From NCBI RefSeq assembly GCF_046119375.1, contig NW_027362772.1, forward strand, positions 229,648,001-229,712,000: DNA of 64,000 nucleotides, written 5' to 3'. This DNA is from Phyllobates terribilis. Taxonomy: Eukaryota. Position 1 is the stretch's first letter, and the number at the start of each line of letters is the position of its first letter. Below the pieces are notes generated by a model. It made no database searches, was not told where the DNA came from, and saw nothing but the letters and a program-made list of their open reading frames with translations. Shown here piece after piece: positions 62,878 to 64,000 of this stretch. Position numbers and translations under genes: made by a program.

Positions 62878-63015
62878 TAAATAATTAATTTCTCTAAGAA
62901 CAGTTGTATAAATCCAGTACTGAGTATTTTAATAACATATCTTTTTAGGGGTCACCATTCCTTGCTGTAGCGCAGAGCTCCAATCTTCTGCTTCTCTTTA
63001 TAGAGTGACAATCAT

Positions 63016-63344
63016 AAAGAGGCTGTCCCCTACTTTTTCATTGATGACCTATCCATAGGATTAATGGCTGATCGGCCGGGGTTCGACACCCGGCAGCTGC
63101 TATCGGTGTTGGCGGAGGCAGCCGCCAGCCGGAAGTACTTACACATCCGCTTCCTATTGATTTGAATAGGAGGCGGATGTGCAGTACTAAGCCTTGGCCA
63201 CTACAAGTAGATGGAGCAGCTCCACAAATATGTGCTTCCAGCCAGCAGCCGTCTCTGCCTACACCGATAACAGCTGATTGGCGGGGGTGCAAGGTGTTGG
63301 ACATTGGATAAGCCATCAATGTAAAAGTAGTGGACAACCTCTTT
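63016..63344. mobile_element. TTAA MITE, same family as 7820-8206
   Basis: Shared interior and termini (gtggacaacctct|ttaa). Confidence 0.6.
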
Positions 63345-63480
63345 AAAGAGGTTTATTGTGTATATGGGCTCAATAGCGGGAACGCGGTGGCCTCATGATT
63401 CTGCAGATCGGTTGAAGTCCTCCACCAACCAGACATTGTGACTTATCCCAAGGATACAGTCAAGTAAATTCCCTGTGCAT

Positions 63481-64000
63481 CAGTGGTGGGCAATTAATTT
63501 TCCCAAGGTGCCACGTCAAAACACTATAACTATTGTGGAGGACCAAACCAAACAACCAAACTTAATTCTTCTCAATATTAATATATAATATATTATATAT
63601 TCATTTTTATCACTTAATATTGAGCAAAATTAAGTTTGTTGATGAGCTTCTACTGCTAATACAATAGTGCTTATTATAACCTGTATTCTTACCTGCATCA
63701 AATAATCACAACCATATAATTTACTGCTTTTTATAAAGTTTATAAATCATACTGTTCGTGTTATTTAGCCCTGATAACTTGGTCAGTGGCCCCCCACAGA
63801 CAGCATGCTGTCCCCAGTCACACCCCCACAGAATGATACCTCCACAGCTCCCCCACACACAGTATGATGGACCCCAGGGCCCCTTATACACAGTATGATG
63901 CCTCCAGTCGCACCCCCGCATAATGATGCCTCCACAGCCCCCCACACACATTATGATGGACCCCAGGGCCCCTTATACACAGTACGATGCCCCCAGTCAC
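63481..64000. mobile_element. Start of a probable hAT-like element with a minisatellite (from about 63790), cut by the window edge
   Basis: cagtggtgggcaa terminus followed by cacagtatgatg-type repeats. Confidence 0.4.

Overview
Vertebrate genomic DNA, most likely an anuran (frog) judging from the repeat families (inference). The window lies inside the 5' half of the RhoGEF gene plekhg5 (+ strand): four short coding exons (3326-3455, 19855-19957, 38273-38333, 62785-62876) splice in frame and are separated by introns of about 16, 18 and 24 kb filled with transposons and tandem repeats. These include five decayed DD34E Tc1 elements, a palindromic DD37E Tc1 derivative nested in a Helitron end, a minisatellite-bearing hAT element, several solo LTRs, a near-intact full-length CR1 LINE, TTAA MITEs and a 4.4-kb 32-bp satellite inside a TIR element. 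The most unusual object is a young pol-less Ty3/Gypsy element (22624-28803). It has 2-kb repeat-filled LTRs, a Tf1/sushi-type self-priming signature instead of a tRNA PBS, and one uninterrupted 853-codon ORF that joins a Gag capsid N-terminal domain (LDOC1/RTL8-like) to about seven in-frame 57-aa acidic repeats. All family assignments come from motif recognition by eye; no database search was run.
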